NCBI GenBank assembly: GCA_043228905.1
Contig: JBHGNT010000005.1
Span: 13,206,001 to 13,270,000 of the forward strand
Source: Azolla caroliniana
Taxonomy: Eukaryota; Plantae; Polypodiophyta
Length of the DNA: 64,000 nt
Direction: 5' to 3'
In this document: one piece after another, positions 60,501 through 64,000 of the stretch
How the letters are laid out: each line of letters starts with the position of its first letter
Position numbering within the stretch: the stretch's first letter is position 1
The notes under the pieces: model-generated
Told to the model about the DNA's origin: nothing
Seen by the model: the letters and a program-made list of their open reading frames with translations, nothing else
Database searches by the model: none
Translations under genes and position numbers: made by a program

Positions 60501-62853
60501 ACTTGCTGCGATTGCCGTCGTTCCCTTCCGGTCCGGTCCCCTCCAGTCTTTACCGTTCCAGTCCGGTGTCCGCTTCGAATCGGTGTTGTCGGTTTCCTTG
60601 TCTTTACGGAAATGCCGACAGTTCTTCTGGAAGTGTCCCGGCTTGCCGCAATAGAAGCAAGTAGGCCTCCACCTTGACTTTGACCGTGTCCCTGACTTTT
60701 CCCGGTTCTGGGGGCTACGGTTCCTTTGTCTTCCGCGTTCCGATTCGGTAAGGAGCGCTTTGGAGTCAGAGCTCGTATCCTTATCTTTCCAACGCGCCTC
60801 CTCATCCAGCAAGCTCGACTTCACTCTTGCTAAGGATAACCGTTTCCCTTCTGGCCCTGCGTTGCCCAAAGTGACAAATAACGTCTCCCAGCTATCCGGG
60901 AGGGAACCGAGCAGGAGTAGCACTAGTACCTCATCGGCGAGAGGTACTTCCAATGATGTTGCCTGGTGTATCAGCCCCTGAAAGGCATTCATGTGCTCCG
61001 CCATGCTGGAGCCATCTTGGTACTGGAGTCTTACTAGCTTCCGGAATACCGAAACCTGGTTAACAACATTTTTGTTTTGAAACATAATGCAGATTTTCTC
61101 CTAGAGCTCATGAGCCTTGCTCTCTTCATTGAAGTTGTTGTATAGGCTCATGTCGATGAAGCACCGTATGTAAGCCGTTGTCTTCATGTGCATCACCTCC
61201 CATATCGTGGCGTCGATTTTGTCCGGTCTCTTGTCCCCAAACTGAACCGGCAACCAAAGATCTTTAACCACGAGCATGTCCCTCATCTTCGACTTCCACA
61301 CCGAATAGTTGGAGCCGGTGAGCTTGAACATGCCTCTCAACGAGTCGTCCATTTTCTGTGTCGTTTCACTTTGATACCACTTTGACAGGAACGACACGCT
61401 CTCTTTGAACAACGCTCGGCCACAACCGAGCCTAGAATAAAACACAGAAAATAGGGAATGAAACACAAACACGATAGAGAGAAGAGTACACAGGATGTTT
61501 ACGTGGAAAACCCAAACTCGGAAAAAACCACGGCAGCCCACAGACCGCAAACTATCACTATGTCAAAATGTACAATAAGAAAGCACCGAGGCCACGACCT
61601 CGAGCTTGCTATCTTCGCCAGGTTACAATCAGAGGCAACGACCTCTTCCTCTCTCTCACTCTCTCTGTACACAGTTGCACACTCTAATCTTTTCTCCAAC
61701 AAGAATGACAACAACACACATCATAAGTTTGCCCTAAGTCATATTTATACTAATAGGACTTTTTGGCTATTTACAAATATAGCCACGATGGACTCTTAGA
61801 AACATATTTACAAATATGCCTCTTCATCCGGTTCTCACCGGGTCTGCACCATCCGGCTCTCCGTAGCCGGGTACTCGTCATCCGGTTCTCACCGGGTCTA
61901 CACCATCCGTCTCTTCGTTGTCGGGTACTCGTCATCCGGTTTCGGCCTCGGCCGAGTTTGCTCATCAGTACTGTTCTTCTCACTTCCCATCCGGAGGGAC
62001 CTATTTCCTAACACATTCAAGGGGCTCAACGGTCAGCTTCGGCATAAATAGATTGATCACTCTGGCTATATAGCTGACGTCGGGTCAGGTGATTGTCAAA
62101 TATATAATGCCTCCGACAATTTGTCGAAACCGTTTCTCATTGTAGGCCGGTCCGTAGTCAGGATGTAGCTTGAGGTTCCGGTCCAGGCGTGTTGAGATTG
62201 GTCGGCAATTGGTCATGCCGAACTTGTACAACATATTCAGTACATAGTGTCTTTGTGACAACAATAGGTCGTCAGGGGTGTGGATCACTTCGATCCGGAG
62301 GAAGTAATGAAGGTCCCCCAATTCCTTCTTTTCGAATGCTTCCAATAGTTCACACTTCACTCTGCCAATTTTAGGGAGGTCGGGTCCGGTGACGACCAAG
62401 TTGTCGACATATAGCAGAATGCATACCGGACCTTTCAGATGAACAAGGATGAGTCACATTTGGAGGTGGCAAAACCCACCTTACGTAACCGGTGCGTTAT
62501 CTTCAAATCGCAAGCTCAGTGGGCTTGCTTCAGGCCATAGAGTGACTTCTTGAGTTGGCACACTGTTGACTTGTTCATCTCCGACTGAAATCTGAGGGCA
62601 TGGATCATCCGAATGGTCGTTCTGACTCAATCGCTCATTCGGCTGGCTCAGCCTAAATAAGATCAGAAGCTCTTCTAGAGTACTGATCATGTCGGGCTCA
62701 CTGGTCTCATTCTCAATGTTTTGGTGGTCGGAGTTGTCGAGGCTCGGAGTCGGTAAGGAGAACCATGATGCCGACTCATCAAATTCAACATCTTGGCTCA
62801 CCCGAACATGTTTGGCCCAGGGGTTATAACACTGAGACCCCTTTTGTTCATGT

Positions 62854-64000
62854 TGTTAGGATTTGACGCTTTCAAAACCTTCACCTCTCGGCCACAACCG
62901 AGGAAACAAGAATCAATGCAGCAGAAAATCGAAAACACAGAGAGAGACTCGAATGCACAGGATTTATCGTGGAAAACCCTAGACGGGAAAAACCACGGGA
63001 GTGCAAGACTCCAACTATCACTATACGCAGGGAATGTACAATGGCGAGCTGCAAGGCGACGACCTTGAGCTCGCTATCCTCGCCACAGGCGGCGGTATTA
63101 CACAGAGGCGTCGACCTCTTCCTTTCACTCTCTCTCTCTCTCACTCTCTCTAAGTGGAAAACAGAAAAATAAGCAACAACTCCAAAACTGTTTGCCCTAA
63201 GTCATATTTATACACATATGACTTTCGGGCTATTTACAAATATAGCCTCAAGGGCCCTTGGCAAACATATTCACAAATATGTCCCCGCATCCGGATCTCT
63301 CTCCGGGTACATTCGTCATCCGGCTCCGTAGCCGGGGTCTTCATCATCCGGATCCGCAGCCGGGGTCTTCATCATCCGGCTCCGCAGCCGGGGTCTTCAT
63401 CATCCGGATCCGGAACCGGGTCTTCATCATCCGGCTCCGATACCGGGTACTCCTCATTGAGGTCTTCATTTCTGATTCCCGGACATCCGACCATCCCATC
63501 CGGAAGGACCGTAATCCCAACAAACTCTCCCTTCACTTCGGCATGGGATGTCTTTCCAGTCCGACCCTCTTCCGGCACGCTTCCAGCTTGTCGGGTGTGA
63601 GCACTTTGGTCAGCATATCTGACTCGTTCTCGTCCGTGTGGATCTTCGTCAGCACGAACTCCTGGTCTTCTATCCTTTCCCTGATCCAGTTATATCTTCG
63701 CTGGATGTGCTTCGTCCGGGAGTGATAGGCCGCGTTCTTCGCAAGATGGATGGCACTCTGACTGTCGCAGTAGAGTCGGTACTCCTCTTGCCGGATACCG
63801 AGCTCTTTAATGAAGTCCTTCATCCATATTATTTCCTTGCCGACTTCAACAGCCGCCATGTACTCCGCCTCCGTGGTTGACAATGAAACCGTTTTCTGCA
63901 GCCTCGACTGCCACGAAACAGCTCCCCCTGCATACGTCATCACATACCCTGATGTGGACCGGCTGGTGTCTGCATCAGCCGACATATCCGAATCGGTAAA
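62854..64000 (-). mobile_element. 3' end of another Tnt1/Tork-like copia (C6): 3' LTR 62854-63522 with ~27-bp U3 repeats, PPT, RNase H
   Basis: TGTTAGG..CCCAACA termini; ORF 63533..63985 with SRSTSGY..STTEAEY..YHSRTKHI; related to C5. Confidence 0.88.

Larger units (their letters stand above)
56185..62013 (-). mobile_element. Tnt1/Tork-like copia element C5 with a three-LTR structure and an integrase-core deletion (~59660)
   Basis: 5' LTR 61383-62013 with Met PBS; partial LTR ~57555-57954 next to the PPT; full LTR 56185-56930; flanks cattg/cattc; gag CFYCGKPGHFQKNC, WVVDSGASFH, RT LYVDD, RH. Confidence 0.9.
54583..62850 (-). mobile_element. Degraded copia element C4 (C2/C3 family): 3' LTR ~54583-55031, RH 55600-56184, RT remnants 62014-62850
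   Basis: LTR similar to that of C3, PPT at 55032, KNPVFHAWTKHIEVHYHF, DLHYFLRIEV; reading continues across element C5. Confidence 0.8.

Overview
Eukaryotic, land-plant DNA. A bryophyte/lycophyte-like host is inferred from the retroelement types and is not proven. About 85-90% of the window is a nested LTR-retrotransposon cluster surrounding one intact host gene: an intronless ~1375-aa three-finger C2H2/EAR repressor of the DAZ1/DAZ2 (ZAT2/ZAT3) type at 30995-35122. Three element groups can be resolved by their termini, target-site duplications (TSDs) and primer-binding sites (PBS). (1) A tRNA-Trp-primed Ty3/gypsy group with TGTCG..CGACA ends and 4-bp TSDs: two coding copies, a solo LTR, and a 5-LTR/4-internal-domain tandem array of a non-coding TRIM-like partner. 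(2) Two Tcn1/Tf1-like chromovirus copies with a self-priming PBS; one has lost its integrase precisely. (3) Several Ty1/copia elements, plus a MITE and degraded gypsy remnants. The most notable signal is that LTRs of two unrelated element families both carry an antisense tRNA-like A-box/B-box (RNA Pol III type-2 promoter-like) module in U3. In the tandem TRIM this resembles a tRNA analogue of the 5S-carrying Cassandra elements. All calls come from reading the sequence by eye; no database searches were run.
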